NCBI GenBank assembly: GCA_963727625.1
Contig: CAVSHR010000012.1
Location: 480,001 to 544,000, forward strand
Origin: an uncultured delta proteobacterium
GTDB taxonomy: Bacteria > Desulfobacterota > Binatia > UBA9968
Direction: 5' to 3'
Length of the DNA: 64,000 nucleotides
The translations under genes and the position numbers were made by a program. Below, in pieces: positions 30,984-41,570 of the stretch. The notes under the pieces were generated by a model. That model was given only the letters and a program-made list of their open reading frames with translations. It was not told the origin of the DNA and did not search any database. The stretch's first letter is position 1; each line of letters starts with the position of its first letter.

Positions 30984-32984
30984 ATGATTACACGCCTTGT
31001 CGTCCAACACCGAGAGCCATTCGCCGACGGTCATGAGTTTCCGATTACCGGAGCCTATGAGAAGCTGATCGGCAAGATTTACGGTGAAGTCGATCCGACG
31101 AACCGGCTGAATAAAATCATCGTGAATCTCGACAAGGCGCGGCGTAACCGGCGCCGCAGAGTCGAATATTCGAGTGACTTTTGCGTTTTGAAACCCGTGG
31201 ACATGGCACGCGGCAACGGCAAGCTTTTTTTCGACGCGCCCAATCGCGGGAGTAAACGGATTCTGAGTTTTCTCAACGACGCGCCTGCTACGAACGACCC
31301 GAGCACGTTGGCACACGCCGGCAACGGCTTTCTCATGCGCCGTGGCTATACCATAGTCTGGTGCGGCTGGCAGGGCGATTTGATGCCGATCAAAAACTGG
31401 CTGGTGATGCACGTCCCAACGGCAACGAACCATGGTAAACCGATCATCAGTCGAGTCCGAACTGAAATCGTCGTCGATGAGCCCGGTGTCAAATCGCAGC
31501 CGCTCAGCGGCGACGATCGCGTTAAGAGTTACGCCGCCGCGTCGCGCGACAAGTCGCTAGCGAGCCTCACCGTGCGCGAGAAGTCCTACGGCGCGCGCGT
31601 TTCAGTTCCGCCCTCCGAGTGGGAATTTGCCGTCTGCGCCAAGAAGGAGCGAAGCGGCGAGGAGACCGTCAAACCGAACGCGAATCAACTCTACCTCCGC
31701 TCCGGTTTTAAGCCGGGGTATATTTATGAATTTATTTATTCGGCGAAAAATCCGCTCGTGCTCGGGCTGGGCTTCGCGGTCGCGCGCGATCTGATTTCAT
31801 TCCTGCGCTATGCGGCTAAAGATCGCGCCGGGAAACCGAATCCCTTGACATCAGGCAAAAGGTTGAGCGGCATCACACACGCGTATGCCTGGGGACGCTC
31901 GCAAAGCGGGCGATACCTTAGAGATTTCATTTACCATGGTTTCAATGAAGACGAAGCGCATCGAAAAGTGTTCGACGCGGCCGCGCCCCATGTCGCCGGC
32001 GGCGGCAGATTGTATTTGAATTACGAATTTGCCCGTCCGGTCACTTCGTCGCAGCAACACACCAACCAGCTCGATCCGGAGCTCTTCCCCCATGCTTATA
32101 ATATTTTAGAGGATGCTCACACCGGCCGGCGCGACGGAATATTGAAGCGTGACAAATTCGACCCGCGGGTTTTTCACACCCAGACTTCGACGGAGTATTG
32201 GCAAAAACGCGGCTGCCTGGCGCACACGGACGGCAAAGGCAACGACATCGACCTCCCGGAAAACCTGCGCCTGTACGTCATCGCCAGCGCCCAGCACAAT
32301 AGCCCATTCGGCTCCGAGCCGGTGAAGGACAATAGTCAATTGCCAGTCAATCCACTGCCTGCCGGCGACGTCTTGCGCGCGCTCATAGTCGCGCTTGATC
32401 AATGGGCGACACAAGGAATTCCACCACCGCCAAGCCAATTTCCACGCGTCAAAGACGGCACGCTGGTTCAGCCGAATCGAAGATACACCGGATTTCCAAA
32501 TATCCCCTGCGTCCGCTTTGCAGCTCTGCACAACCGTCAACTCTTTCTCGACTACGGCCCTAAAATTTTGCGCGGCAAGGTGACGATTCATCCGCCTCAG
32601 TCGATTGGCAACGGCACGTACAAGGTTCTCGTCCCCAAGGTCGACGCCGATGGAAACGACCTGGCTGGCATTCGCCTGCCCGCCGTGCAAGTTCCCGTTG
32701 GTAGCTATACCGGCTGGAATTTGCGCCCGCACGGCTTGGCCGAGAACGAATTAGCGGGCCTGCTCGGTTCGTTCATTCCCTTCGCCAAAACCGAAGCCGC
32801 ACGGAACAAGATCGGCGACCCACGCCGGTCAATCGAAGAACGCTTTAAGAACCGGAACGATTACGTGAAGCAAATCAGTCGCGCGGCGCGGCAACTCGTC
32901 GAAAAACGCTATCTGCTGGCCGAAGACGCCGAACGGATGATCGCCGAGGCCGCGAAGAACCAGCCTGCCCGGGCAAAAAAATAG
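30984..32984 (+). CDS. Alpha/beta-hydrolase-domain protein
   Basis: PNRG, GWQGD, nucleophile elbow GRSQSG, EYWQ and DADGND..GIRLP motifs. Confidence 0.85.
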   Translation: MITRLVVQHREPFADGHEFPITGAYEKLIGKIYGEVDPTNRLNKIIVNLDKARRNRRRRVEYSSDFCVLKPVDMARGNGKLFFDAPNRGSKRILSFLNDAPATNDPSTLAHAGNGFLMRRGYTIVWCGWQGDLMPIKNWLVMHVPTATNHGKPIISRVRTEIVVDEPGVKSQPLSGDDRVKSYAAASRDKSLASLTVREKSYGARVSVPPSEWEFAVCAKKERSGEETVKPNANQLYLRSGFKPGYIYEFIYSAKNPLVLGLGFAVARDLISFLRYAAKDRAGKPNPLTSGKRLSGITHAYAWGRSQSGRYLRDFIYHGFNEDEAHRKVFDAAAPHVAGGGRLYLNYEFARPVTSSQQHTNQLDPELFPHAYNILEDAHTGRRDGILKRDKFDPRVFHTQTSTEYWQKRGCLAHTDGKGNDIDLPENLRLYVIASAQHNSPFGSEPVKDNSQLPVNPLPAGDVLRALIVALDQWATQGIPPPPSQFPRVKDGTLVQPNRRYTGFPNIPCVRFAALHNRQLFLDYGPKILRGKVTIHPPQSIGNGTYKVLVPKVDADGNDLAGIRLPAVQVPVGSYTGWNLRPHGLAENELAGLLGSFIPFAKTEAARNKIGDPRRSIEERFKNRNDYVKQISRAARQLVEKRYLLAEDAERMIAEAAKNQPARAKK

Positions 32985-33095
32985 TAGAGAACCGTTTTTG
33001 AATAGTACAAGAATGCAGGCTGATTCTTCGTCGCTCTGCTCCTTGGCATAATACTCAAGAGGGAAGGCTTGCTACTCGCGTCTCAAGCCTCTTGG

Positions 33096-34106
33096 CTATT
33101 TTTGTTCGTAGAGATTCTTGATGAATCCGCTCTTGTCAAGCTCGCGGACAAAGCTCGGGTCCATGAACTCCTCAGGCTTGTGACTTCGGATTTCCGGTCT
33201 CCGGCTTGCCACGTAATCGTAGGTGGCCTCCAGGCCGTGCATGATCGGATAGGGGACCGAAATAAAATCCGCCTTAAAAATCTCGTAAGAGCCTTCCAGA
33301 AGGTCCCGATCATTGGTTCGAAGATATTTGCTCAAGACTTTTAGGCTGAAATCTTTGTGAGTTTTGAAATACGCGATGCCTTCGATGTGGGATTTCAACA
33401 TCCGCATCACGGTATCGCGATCTTCGACGATGCTTTTTCGGCGGGTCACGACGGACATCGAGGGATAAACGACTTCTTTCCGAGCATTGAACAACACGTG
33501 GTATCCCAGACGCAGGGCCCGCGCATCGGTCGGATAGGAGAGGTCCGCGGCATCGACATTACCCGATGCGAGCGCCTGCAACCGCTCAGGCGGGCTGCCG
33601 ATGGAAAGCCAGGTCACGTCCCGGTCGGGGTTCAATCCATGTTTGCGCAGAATGTAGCGAAAGAGAAAATCCCCCAGAGAGCCCAGGCTTGAGGTCGCGA
33701 TTTTCTTTCCCTTGAGGTCTTCCGCCTTGGTGATATTTTTTTTCACCAACAATTTACTCTGGACACCGGGAACCGTATGGGCAATATTTGTTAAATCCGC
33801 CCCGCTGAGATCCGCCAACATCACCGTCGGAAGAGCCACGGGCGCCGCAAAGAGGCTGCCGCCCAATATTGCCGCCGACGTTTGACCCGAGCCTTTAAGC
33901 AAGATCAACTCGACATCGAGGCCGTTCTTCTCGTAGATTTTGGCGTCCTTCGCCAGCCACGGAATCCAATTCGAGGCGGAAAGTGACGTCACGCCCCAGC
34001 GGATTTGCTTCAGCGGCTTGTCTTGGGCCTGCGCCGGTGCTAGCCACCCGAGAACACTTATCGCAAAAATAAAGAAAGTGGTTTTCCGTGATAATTTGTC
34101 CTTCAC
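33096..34106 (-). CDS. NitT/TauT-family substrate-binding protein
   Basis: GTG start after GAGGAG; signal peptide; DLKGKKIA and ELDKSGF motifs. Confidence 0.9.
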   Translation of the reverse strand: MKDKLSRKTTFFIFAISVLGWLAPAQAQDKPLKQIRWGVTSLSASNWIPWLAKDAKIYEKNGLDVELILLKGSGQTSAAILGGSLFAAPVALPTVMLADLSGADLTNIAHTVPGVQSKLLVKKNITKAEDLKGKKIATSSLGSLGDFLFRYILRKHGLNPDRDVTWLSIGSPPERLQALASGNVDAADLSYPTDARALRLGYHVLFNARKEVVYPSMSVVTRRKSIVEDRDTVMRMLKSHIEGIAYFKTHKDFSLKVLSKYLRTNDRDLLEGSYEIFKADFISVPYPIMHGLEATYDYVASRRPEIRSHKPEEFMDPSFVRELDKSGFIKNLYEQK

Positions 34107-34143
34107 GCGTTTTCTCCTCTCAAGGATTCTTCGCTCGCGCTGG

Positions 34144-35136
34144 CTATCGCCGATTGCCAAGATTCTTGATAAAGCCGCTCGCCTCGATCTTCTTTAAATA
34201 GCTCATGTCATAAAAATCCTCAGGTTTGGCGGTCGCCGCCTTCGGCTGCTTTTCGGCCAGAAACTCCAGCACGGTTTGTACCGCCTTCGGGCTAGCGTAA
34301 GGCATCACCGGCATGAGAGCGACATAATACTCGTAGCCTTCTTCGGCGCGCGCTCGGTCTTTCATCCTGAGGAATTTCATAACACCCGCCAAGGTCTTTT
34401 CCTTTTCTGTCCTGAAGAAATGCAGCGAATCGATATAGCCCTTTAGAAAATTTTCCACCAGCCGAGTATGACTTCGAATATAGGGTCCCATGCCCGCGAT
34501 CGAGCTGCCCGAATATTCGATGTCGGTCTTTCTCAAGTCGGCGAGCTCGTTAAAACCGAGCTGCTTCGCGATAGCGCTATAAGGCGGAGCGAGAACCGTG
34601 GCCGCGACCGCGCCGCGGTGCAGCGAATTCAGCCGCCCCTGCTGGCTTTCCGCGACCGAAATAAAAATCACGTCCTTGTCCGGCGACAAACCGTTGCGGC
34701 GCAAGTACAGACGCAAGGCGCTGTCCGCGGACGCGCCCGGCCGGGTACCGGTGACGATTTTACCTTTCAAATCCTTAGCCGATTTTATCGTCGGAGCAGC
34801 AAAGACCGTGTAATCGAGCTTGTTCGACTGCACCGTGAGCATCACGATGTCGATGCCGCCCAGATGCGCGCCGATCGTAGCGGTGGAACCGGCGGACAGA
34901 AACTGCACGGAATTGGAGGTAACGGCCGCGATGGAATTCATTCCTCCGCCCATGTAGATCGGTTCGACATCGACGCCGTATTTAGCGAACAATCCATACT
35001 GAGCACCGACGGGAATAACGCTCGTGTTCACCGAGATCGCGCCCAGCGCAACGCGAACTTTTTCGCCATGCTGCGCCGCGGCGATCTGCGGCAATAGAAA
35101 TAAAACGAATGCGAATAAAAACTTAAAACGTATCAC
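34144..35136 (-). CDS. NitT/TauT-family substrate-binding protein
   Basis: Signal peptide, GLFAKYGVDV, DLKGK and IEASGF motifs. Confidence 0.9.
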   Translation of the reverse strand: MIRFKFLFAFVLFLLPQIAAAQHGEKVRVALGAISVNTSVIPVGAQYGLFAKYGVDVEPIYMGGGMNSIAAVTSNSVQFLSAGSTATIGAHLGGIDIVMLTVQSNKLDYTVFAAPTIKSAKDLKGKIVTGTRPGASADSALRLYLRRNGLSPDKDVIFISVAESQQGRLNSLHRGAVAATVLAPPYSAIAKQLGFNELADLRKTDIEYSGSSIAGMGPYIRSHTRLVENFLKGYIDSLHFFRTEKEKTLAGVMKFLRMKDRARAEEGYEYYVALMPVMPYASPKAVQTVLEFLAEKQPKAATAKPEDFYDMSYLKKIEASGFIKNLGNRR

Positions 35137-35193
35137 AGTGATGCTTTCCTCTCTTTGTTTTTCTTGTGGTCGCCTGCCGGTTGGCGAGCACTG

Positions 35194-37140
35194 TTAATCC
35201 TCTTCGTATTGTTCCTTTAACTTCGCCACCACGGCCGGGTCCGCCAGCGTCGTCGTGTCGCCCAGCGCGCGGCTGTCGGCGATGTCGCGCAGCAAGCGGC
35301 GCATGATCTTTCCGCTGCGGGTCTTCGGCAGTTCCGCGGTAAAAAGTATTTCATCCGGCCGGGCAATCGGTCCGATTTTTTTCGCCACGTGGCCCTTCAA
35401 CTCGTCGACGAGCGCGTTGCTGCCTTCGATACCCGCCTTCAGCGATACAAAGGCGCAGATCGCCTGGCCTTTGATCTCGTGTTCTTTGCCTATCACTGCG
35501 GCTTCCGCGACGTTTTGGTGATCGACCAGGGCGCTCTCAACTTCCATCGTGCTGATTCGATGACCGGCCACGTTCATCACGTCGTCGACCCGGCCCAGGA
35601 GCCAAAAATATCCGTCTTTGTCCCGCTTGCAGCCGTCGCCAGCGAAATATTTTCCTGGAAAACGGCTCCAGTAAGTTTGCACGAACCGGTCCGGGTCGCC
35701 GTAAATCGTGCGCATCATCGCCGGCCAGGGTTTGGTAAGTACCAAGTATCCGCCACCGCCTTTGGGAACCGACTTTCCCTGCTCGTCGACGACGTCGGCT
35801 TCGATTCCTGGAAACGGCATGGTCGCCGATCCAGGCTTGAGCTTCGTTAAGCCGGGCAGCGGCGTGATCAGCGGATGACCGGTTTCGGTCTGCCACCAGG
35901 TGTCCAGCACAGGACAGCGTCCGCCGCCAATGTTTTTGTGGTACCACATCCAAGCCTCGGGATTGATCGGTTCACCGACAGTGCCCAGCAGCCGCAGGCT
36001 TTTTAAGTTATGCTTGCCGGGAAATTCCGCTCCCCAGCGCATGAACGTGCGGATCGCCGTGGGCGCGGTGTGAAAGATCGTCACGCCGTATTTTTCCACG
36101 ATGCGCCACAGCCGATCTTTGTCGGGCCAGTCCGGCGTGCCCTCGTACATCACCTGGGTGACGCCGTTGGCCATCGGGCCGTAGACAATATGCGTATGCC
36201 CGGTCACCCAGCCGATATCGGCGGCGCACCAGAAGACGTCGTCTTCTTTCATATCGAAGACCCACTTATTGACCAGGTGCACGCCGGTCAGATAGCCCCC
36301 CGTCGTGTGCACAATGCCTTTGGGTTTGCCGGTCGTGCCGCTCGTATAGAGGATAAAGAGCGTGTCCTCACTGTCCATTTTTTCCGGCTCGCACCATAAG
36401 GGCGCATCGGCCATCAGATCGTCCCACCAATGATCTCGATTCTCTTTCATTTGCGCGCCGGACTCCGCGCCGACGCGCTTGACCACGACGACATGTTCGA
36501 TGGACGGCGCATCGGTCAGCGCTTCATCGACGTTGGTTTTCAACGGCACCACGGCACCACGGCGGTAGCCGCCGTCCGCGGCCACCAGCACCTTCGCTTG
36601 CGCGTCGTTGATACGGTCGCGCAGCGATTCCGCGCTAAAGCCGCCGAAGACCACGCTGTGCGGCGCGCCGATGCGGTTACAGGCGTGCATGGCGATCACC
36701 AGTTCGGGCACCATGCCCATGTAGAGACAGACACGGTCGCCCCTTTTTATCCCGAGCTTTTTGAGCACATTGGCGAATTTATTGACCTCCCGCCAAACAT
36801 CGCGGTAGGTCAGCACGCGCTCGTCGCCCGGCTCGCCCTCCCAGATGATCGCCGCCTTGTTTTTACGTCCGCCATGAACATGGCGATCGAGACAGTTGTA
36901 TGACGCGTTGATTTTTCCGCCGATGAACCACTTCGCCCAAGGCGTATTCCATTCCAGAACTTTTTTCCACGGTTTGAACCAATACAGTTCTTTGGCGGCT
37001 CTGGCCCAAAATGCCTGCGGGTTTTTACGCGCCGTGTTGAAAATGCTCGCGCTTTTAACGTTGGCGTGTTTTTTGAATTCCTTGGGCGGCGGAAAATTTC
37101 TTTTCTCGTTTAGCAAAACCTCGATAGCCTTATCGGCCAT
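35194..37140 (-). CDS. acs: Acetyl-CoA synthetase
   Basis: [20 protein letters not shown] and [12 protein letters not shown] motifs. Confidence 0.97.
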   Translation of the reverse strand: MADKAIEVLLNEKRNFPPPKEFKKHANVKSASIFNTARKNPQAFWARAAKELYWFKPWKKVLEWNTPWAKWFIGGKINASYNCLDRHVHGGRKNKAAIIWEGEPGDERVLTYRDVWREVNKFANVLKKLGIKRGDRVCLYMGMVPELVIAMHACNRIGAPHSVVFGGFSAESLRDRINDAQAKVLVAADGGYRRGAVVPLKTNVDEALTDAPSIEHVVVVKRVGAESGAQMKENRDHWWDDLMADAPLWCEPEKMDSEDTLFILYTSGTTGKPKGIVHTTGGYLTGVHLVNKWVFDMKEDDVFWCAADIGWVTGHTHIVYGPMANGVTQVMYEGTPDWPDKDRLWRIVEKYGVTIFHTAPTAIRTFMRWGAEFPGKHNLKSLRLLGTVGEPINPEAWMWYHKNIGGGRCPVLDTWWQTETGHPLITPLPGLTKLKPGSATMPFPGIEADVVDEQGKSVPKGGGGYLVLTKPWPAMMRTIYGDPDRFVQTYWSRFPGKYFAGDGCKRDKDGYFWLLGRVDDVMNVAGHRISTMEVESALVDHQNVAEAAVIGKEHEIKGQAICAFVSLKAGIEGSNALVDELKGHVAKKIGPIARPDEILFTAELPKTRSGKIMRRLLRDIADSRALGDTTTLADPAVVAKLKEQYEED

Positions 37141-37354
37141 AGCGCAGCCTCCTCGAAAAATAATCGGACCAATCAAAGAAAACGCCTCGGATTCTATTTG
37201 ACGCTCACGGGCTTGGCAAGAGCCTCGCGGTCATTGGCCCCGGATCTGGCGTTTGGAGACGTGAGTGCCGAGAGTCCAAACAGTTCGGGGTCGATTGACG
37301 ACAACCCATCGCCCGCGCTATGGGAGGAACTGATCCATCCACAAGGAGTTGCCA

Positions 37355-38095
37355 ATGGACAAGATCGCCGTGGTTACCGGGGGCGCAGGCGGCATCGGTC
37401 AAGCTGTCGCCGAAAGATTCTTCAAGGAAAAGTATGCCCTGGTGTTGCTAGACTTGAACGATGAAGCGGGTCAGACGATGGCGGCCAAATTGAGCAAGCG
37501 CGGCGCGGCAACAATGTTTCTACCGGCAAATCTCACTCAAGAAGCCGACGTCAAAGCCGTCTTCGAGAAAATCATCGCCGCTCAGGGTCGCGTGGACATC
37601 CTGGTCAACGTAGCCGGAGGAAGTCTGCACCGCCATCCTCTGGAAGATTTCCCCTTGGCGCACTGGCGCGAGGTCATCGACGCCAATCTCACTTCGACTT
37701 TTCTCTGCTGTCGCGCCGTAGCGGCACGCATGAAAAGTCAAAAACGCGGCGCAATCGTGAACATCTCTTCGGATATCGGCTTCAGCGGCGACGCCGGCCG
37801 GTCCGCCTACGCGGCCGCTAAAGCCGGCATACTCGGCTTAACCAGGACGCTCGCCCTCGAACTGGCCCCGTTCGGCGTGCGCGCCAACGCCGTAGCGCCG
37901 GGGCGTATCGCCACGCAGAGGGTGAGAGCGAATTATACCGACGCGGAATGGGAAGCCGCGGCCAAAAAAATTCCCCTCGGTCACGCCGGCACTCCGGAAG
38001 ACGTCGCGGAGGCCGTCACCTACCTCGCCGGCGATGCCAGCAGGCACATGACCGGACAGACGCTCCATGTAAACGGCGGCCGGATGATGAGCTAG
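37355..38095 (+). CDS. Short-chain dehydrogenase/reductase
   Basis: TGGAGGIG, YAAAK and NAVAPG motifs. Confidence 0.93.
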   Translation: MDKIAVVTGGAGGIGQAVAERFFKEKYALVLLDLNDEAGQTMAAKLSKRGAATMFLPANLTQEADVKAVFEKIIAAQGRVDILVNVAGGSLHRHPLEDFPLAHWREVIDANLTSTFLCCRAVAARMKSQKRGAIVNISSDIGFSGDAGRSAYAAAKAGILGLTRTLALELAPFGVRANAVAPGRIATQRVRANYTDAEWEAAAKKIPLGHAGTPEDVAEAVTYLAGDASRHMTGQTLHVNGGRMMS

Positions 38096-38154
38096 TTATC
38101 CGTCTTTTGAGAAATTAAATTCTTCGCTTCTGATATTGAGCTATCGTTCGCGGC

Positions 38155-38189
38155 AAAAAAAGACGGAAGCGTAGATGATCGCACTTCCG
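38155..38189 (-). terminator. Rho-independent terminator after the FNR-like gene
   Basis: CGGAAG...CTTCCG stem followed by a T-run on the minus strand. Confidence 0.6.
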
Positions 38190-38227
38190 GTTTGGGATTC
38201 AACGAAATCTATTTTGACTGGCAAGTT

Positions 38228-39571
38228 CTATCGCGCCGCTTTGCGCGCCGCGATGACTTCGAGCATTTTCTCGTCGCTGGTGTATTTGAAATCCCAGGTT
38301 TTTCTAGCGCGCGCCTGTTCGTGCTCGGCGCTTTCCAGGAGCTCGATATCTTCCTTGGTCACGACCGACACGCCTTTTTTCTTAAGCCCGTCGATCAAGG
38401 CTTCGATTCTCGCTTCCATCTCGCCGCTCGAGAGGCCTTCTTTGGATGAAAGGTATCCGTTGACGACTTTCATGCCGCGCTCGGCGTCCTGCTTGGCCAC
38501 GCCGACCAGACCAACGCTGGCATTGCGCGACCAACCCGCGACAAAAATACTGTCGAGTGCTTTTTTGGTTTCCGGATCGTAAGACTGATACGCCGCAGGA
38601 TTCGGATCGCCGGGGAGTTTCTCCGGGTTGGTCACAAATGCGCCGCGCGAAAACGGCAAGCCGAGCGACGCATCGACCTGATCACCGATGGCGTAGATCA
38701 CGCAATCGACCTCGATCCGCCGCTTTTTTCCAGTGCCTTTGGCCACGGTCCGGCCGTCCCGCAGAACCATTTCGTTTTCTTCAGCTTCAAGTGCGGCCGC
38801 CCGGCCCTGCGCGTTGGCAATCACTTTTGTCGGTGAGCATAGGTAGCGGAAAGTCAGCCGGCGCCCTTCAGCAGGCTCGCCTTGTTTGACAAACTTTTGC
38901 TTAATTTCTTCCACGTTTTGCCCAACCGCCAAGAGTTGCGGCGCGATGCGGTCAATCTCTTGCTTCATGTCGGCGTTGTCGAGGTATTGCTCGATCACCT
39001 CGAATTCACTGTCGTCGTAGGCCTTTTCGAGCGGCCCGCGCCGTGCCACGACCACCACCTGGTCGATCTTTTTGTGATTTAGCAACCAATTGGCGATATC
39101 GACCATGACGTTGCCCATCCCGATGATGGCGACGCGCCGGCCAATTTCGAAATTACGCTCGCTGAAGGGTGGCAACGAATTAAAGTGATAAACGACGTCC
39201 TTCGCATGATAAACGCCGACGCAATCCTCGCCTTCGATGCCCAATTTTTTAGTCCCTTGGGCGCCGGCGGTGACAACGATCGCGCCGAATCCCATGTTTT
39301 TAAGCTCATCCAAATTCAGCGCTTTGTTCTGCCCGACGGTTACGTGGCCGAGGTAGAACACTTTCGGATCGGCGAGGATTTTCTTAAATTGTTTGCGCAA
39401 GCCAGTCTTCATCTTCTCTTTGTCGACGAATATTCCATATTCCGCCAAACCTCCCGGCTTGATGTCGCGGTTAAGCAAGACAACGCGATGTCCCGCCTCG
39501 GCCAGCTTGCGAGCACCATAAAGCCCTGCTGGACCAGCGCCGACAACCGCAACCAAATGTTGTTTCGACAT
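38228..39571 (-). CDS. Adrenodoxin-reductase-like ferredoxin/flavodoxin-NADP+ reductase
   Basis: VVGAGPAG, GGLAEYG, IIGMGNV, ARRGP and AGW motifs. Confidence 0.85.
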   Translation of the reverse strand: MSKQHLVAVVGAGPAGLYGARKLAEAGHRVVLLNRDIKPGGLAEYGIFVDKEKMKTGLRKQFKKILADPKVFYLGHVTVGQNKALNLDELKNMGFGAIVVTAGAQGTKKLGIEGEDCVGVYHAKDVVYHFNSLPPFSERNFEIGRRVAIIGMGNVMVDIANWLLNHKKIDQVVVVARRGPLEKAYDDSEFEVIEQYLDNADMKQEIDRIAPQLLAVGQNVEEIKQKFVKQGEPAEGRRLTFRYLCSPTKVIANAQGRAAALEAEENEMVLRDGRTVAKGTGKKRRIEVDCVIYAIGDQVDASLGLPFSRGAFVTNPEKLPGDPNPAAYQSYDPETKKALDSIFVAGWSRNASVGLVGVAKQDAERGMKVVNGYLSSKEGLSSGEMEARIEALIDGLKKKGVSVVTKEDIELLESAEHEQARARKTWDFKYTSDEKMLEVIAARKAAR

Positions 39572-39657
39572 TTTCCTAACCTCGATAATCGGATTAAAAT
39601 TCTCTCGCCGTTGAGAGGGTTCCAGTTGTAAACGGGCAGAAAAGGAAAAGCAGGGAT

Positions 39658-39927
39658 TTACTGAAGTTCCCTTTTACCTTCGTATTCCAATTCCGTGCCT
39701 CGGGAATCTTTGTGAGTAAAGGAAACCAACTCCCACGAGCCGTCTTCCAAAGGGCCCTTCAGGATGTAGGAATTCTCATCCCTTCCGAGCACGCGGAAAT
39801 AACATGCTTGCTCGCCATGCCAGCGATCGACGCATGCTTCCACTTCGATCGTTCGTGTTCCAAGGGTAAACCGGGTAGGAGTTTCTTGCCCCTTCGAGTC
39901 AGATTCAGATTCAACTTTAATTTTCAT
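39658..39927 (-). CDS. Conserved hypothetical protein
   Basis: ETPTRF..DRW..YFRV..YIL..W pattern; gene-sized and fills the intergenic gap. Confidence 0.7.
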   Translation of the reverse strand: MKIKVESESDSKGQETPTRFTLGTRTIEVEACVDRWHGEQACYFRVLGRDENSYILKGPLEDGSWELVSFTHKDSRGTELEYEGKRELQ

Positions 39928-39998
39928 CGGTGACTCGCTTGTCCGGCGAAGCGAACAACGTAATATAACGTAAAATTCTCCAATTGAAAAGGAGCGCC

Positions 39999-40682
39999 AT
40001 GGACACCATCAGCCGCTTGAAACAGGATATGATCAGCGCCTGCCGGATCCTATCTCATCAGAAACTAGTCGAGGGCTTCGGCCATGTCAGCGCACGGATC
40101 CCGGAAAGCGAGCTTTTTTTAATAACGCCCAGAATCGGCCTCGCCCTGGTTGAGGAATCCAACCTTTTAACCATGAACCTTGAGGGCAAGGTGGTCGAGG
40201 GCGGCAATCCCGCGCCCTTCGAGGCCAGATTGCATATTGCCATCATGCGATCGAAGCCTCAGGTCAACGCGATCACCAGGATTCACGCCCGGATGGCGAA
40301 CATATTCTCCATCACCGACCGTAAGCTTGAGCCAGTGCACAATCACGGCAGCTTTTTTACCGGAGGGGTGCCGGTGTTTTCCACTCCAGATCTAATTTCG
40401 ACGGAGAAATTGGGACAGGAGGTGGCTGCGGCGCTGGGCGACAAGCCGGCCATCCTTTTGCGCGGCAACGGCCAAGTGACGGTGGGCAGAACCATTCCCG
40501 AAGCCGTGATGATGGCGATCTATTTGGAGGAAGCCGCCGAGGTATTGCACGGCGCGCTGCAGATCGGCACACCGGTGCCGCTGACCTTGGATGAATCGAA
40601 GCAACGCCAGCTTGAGGCGTTGCCCCCGATTGACATGGAACGGGCGTGGAATTTCTTCAAATCTAAGGTTGTCGAGCGCTAG
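39999..40682 (+). CDS. Class II aldolase/adducin family protein
   Basis: FGHVSAR, E..LH, RIH and LLRGNG motifs; AAGGAG RBS. Confidence 0.9.
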   Translation: MDTISRLKQDMISACRILSHQKLVEGFGHVSARIPESELFLITPRIGLALVEESNLLTMNLEGKVVEGGNPAPFEARLHIAIMRSKPQVNAITRIHARMANIFSITDRKLEPVHNHGSFFTGGVPVFSTPDLISTEKLGQEVAAALGDKPAILLRGNGQVTVGRTIPEAVMMAIYLEEAAEVLHGALQIGTPVPLTLDESKQRQLEALPPIDMERAWNFFKSKVVER

Positions 40683-40735
40683 CTTGAAGCGATCGTCGCG
40701 CAGCTTGGTAAATTTTCAACAAGGCGCAAGTTTGA

Positions 40736-40776
40736 TAAAAAGAGCGCGGCGCCCAGTCACGGAGCGCCGCGCTCTC
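40736..40776 (-). terminator. Rho-independent terminator of the Rieske/cytochrome b operon
   Basis: AGAGCGCGGCGC/GCGCCGCGCTCT stem with TTTTT on the minus strand. Confidence 0.8.
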
Positions 40777-40793
40777 ACAGGCTCGGAGGGTGC

Positions 40794-41507
40794 TTACTTC
40801 CCGGCCATTTCCAAGTTAACCTTGGCGTCTTGTTTAGCCTTAACAGTGACTTTCTGCGTGCTCTTGCCGAGCTTTTCATGCCACACTTCCACCGTGTAAG
40901 TTCCCGGCGGCACGTCCGTCAACTTGAAGCTGCCGGAACTATCGGTAACCGCAAAATAAGGATTCGGCGCGGCCACCAACCAGCCGTGCATCCAGCCATG
41001 CACGTCGCACTTGATCTCGACGGCTTCAGGCTTCTCGACCTTGACCTGGAGGCTCTTTTTGAACTTTGGTTGAGCATGGTTAAACGGGCTGTTGACCTTG
41101 CTGTAGGAATGGACATTGTGGAGAATTCCATCCGGGTTCAAGATTTCAACCGGCGTACCGGCCGTGAACGCCAGCACATGCGGATGATATTCGCAGCCCC
41201 TCTGGTCTAAGACGATTTTTTTGGAATCGATTTTTTTGCCCTTTTGAATATCCGTAATGGTGACAACGGCATTGACCAAATTGCCGCCATTGACCATCAA
41301 CGATTGATCCACCTTCGGGGTTTTGCCGCAAACATCCTTGTCTTTGCCGACGTCTAGTTTTTTCGGCGTGGGAGCGGTGCCTTTGAATTTTACCGTCCCA
41401 GAGATGCTTCCGCCGTCTTTTACCTCGCCGCCTTGATAAGCCGCCATACTACTGACCGGCAAAGCCAATAGCGCCGCTGACAAGAGAACTGAGCCCAACT
41501 TTCTCAT
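40794..41507 (-). CDS. Exported cupredoxin-like/carboxypeptidase-regulatory-like domain protein
   Basis: Signal peptide; HNVH...CDVHGWM (type-1 Cu-like ligands); VPPGTYTVEVWHE. Confidence 0.85.
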   Translation of the reverse strand: MRKLGSVLLSAALLALPVSSMAAYQGGEVKDGGSISGTVKFKGTAPTPKKLDVGKDKDVCGKTPKVDQSLMVNGGNLVNAVVTITDIQKGKKIDSKKIVLDQRGCEYHPHVLAFTAGTPVEILNPDGILHNVHSYSKVNSPFNHAQPKFKKSLQVKVEKPEAVEIKCDVHGWMHGWLVAAPNPYFAVTDSSGSFKLTDVPPGTYTVEVWHEKLGKSTQKVTVKAKQDAKVNLEMAGK

Positions 41508-41570
41508 ACTTTCCTCCTTCGGATTAAAGACTAACACTTATTTCGACGAATCTACACGCCCGTTTATTCA

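Noticed and set aside
33022-33043. GATTCTTCGTCGCTCTGCTCCT, resembling half of a REP-like palindrome
   Set aside because: It is a single degenerate half with no partner in the window.
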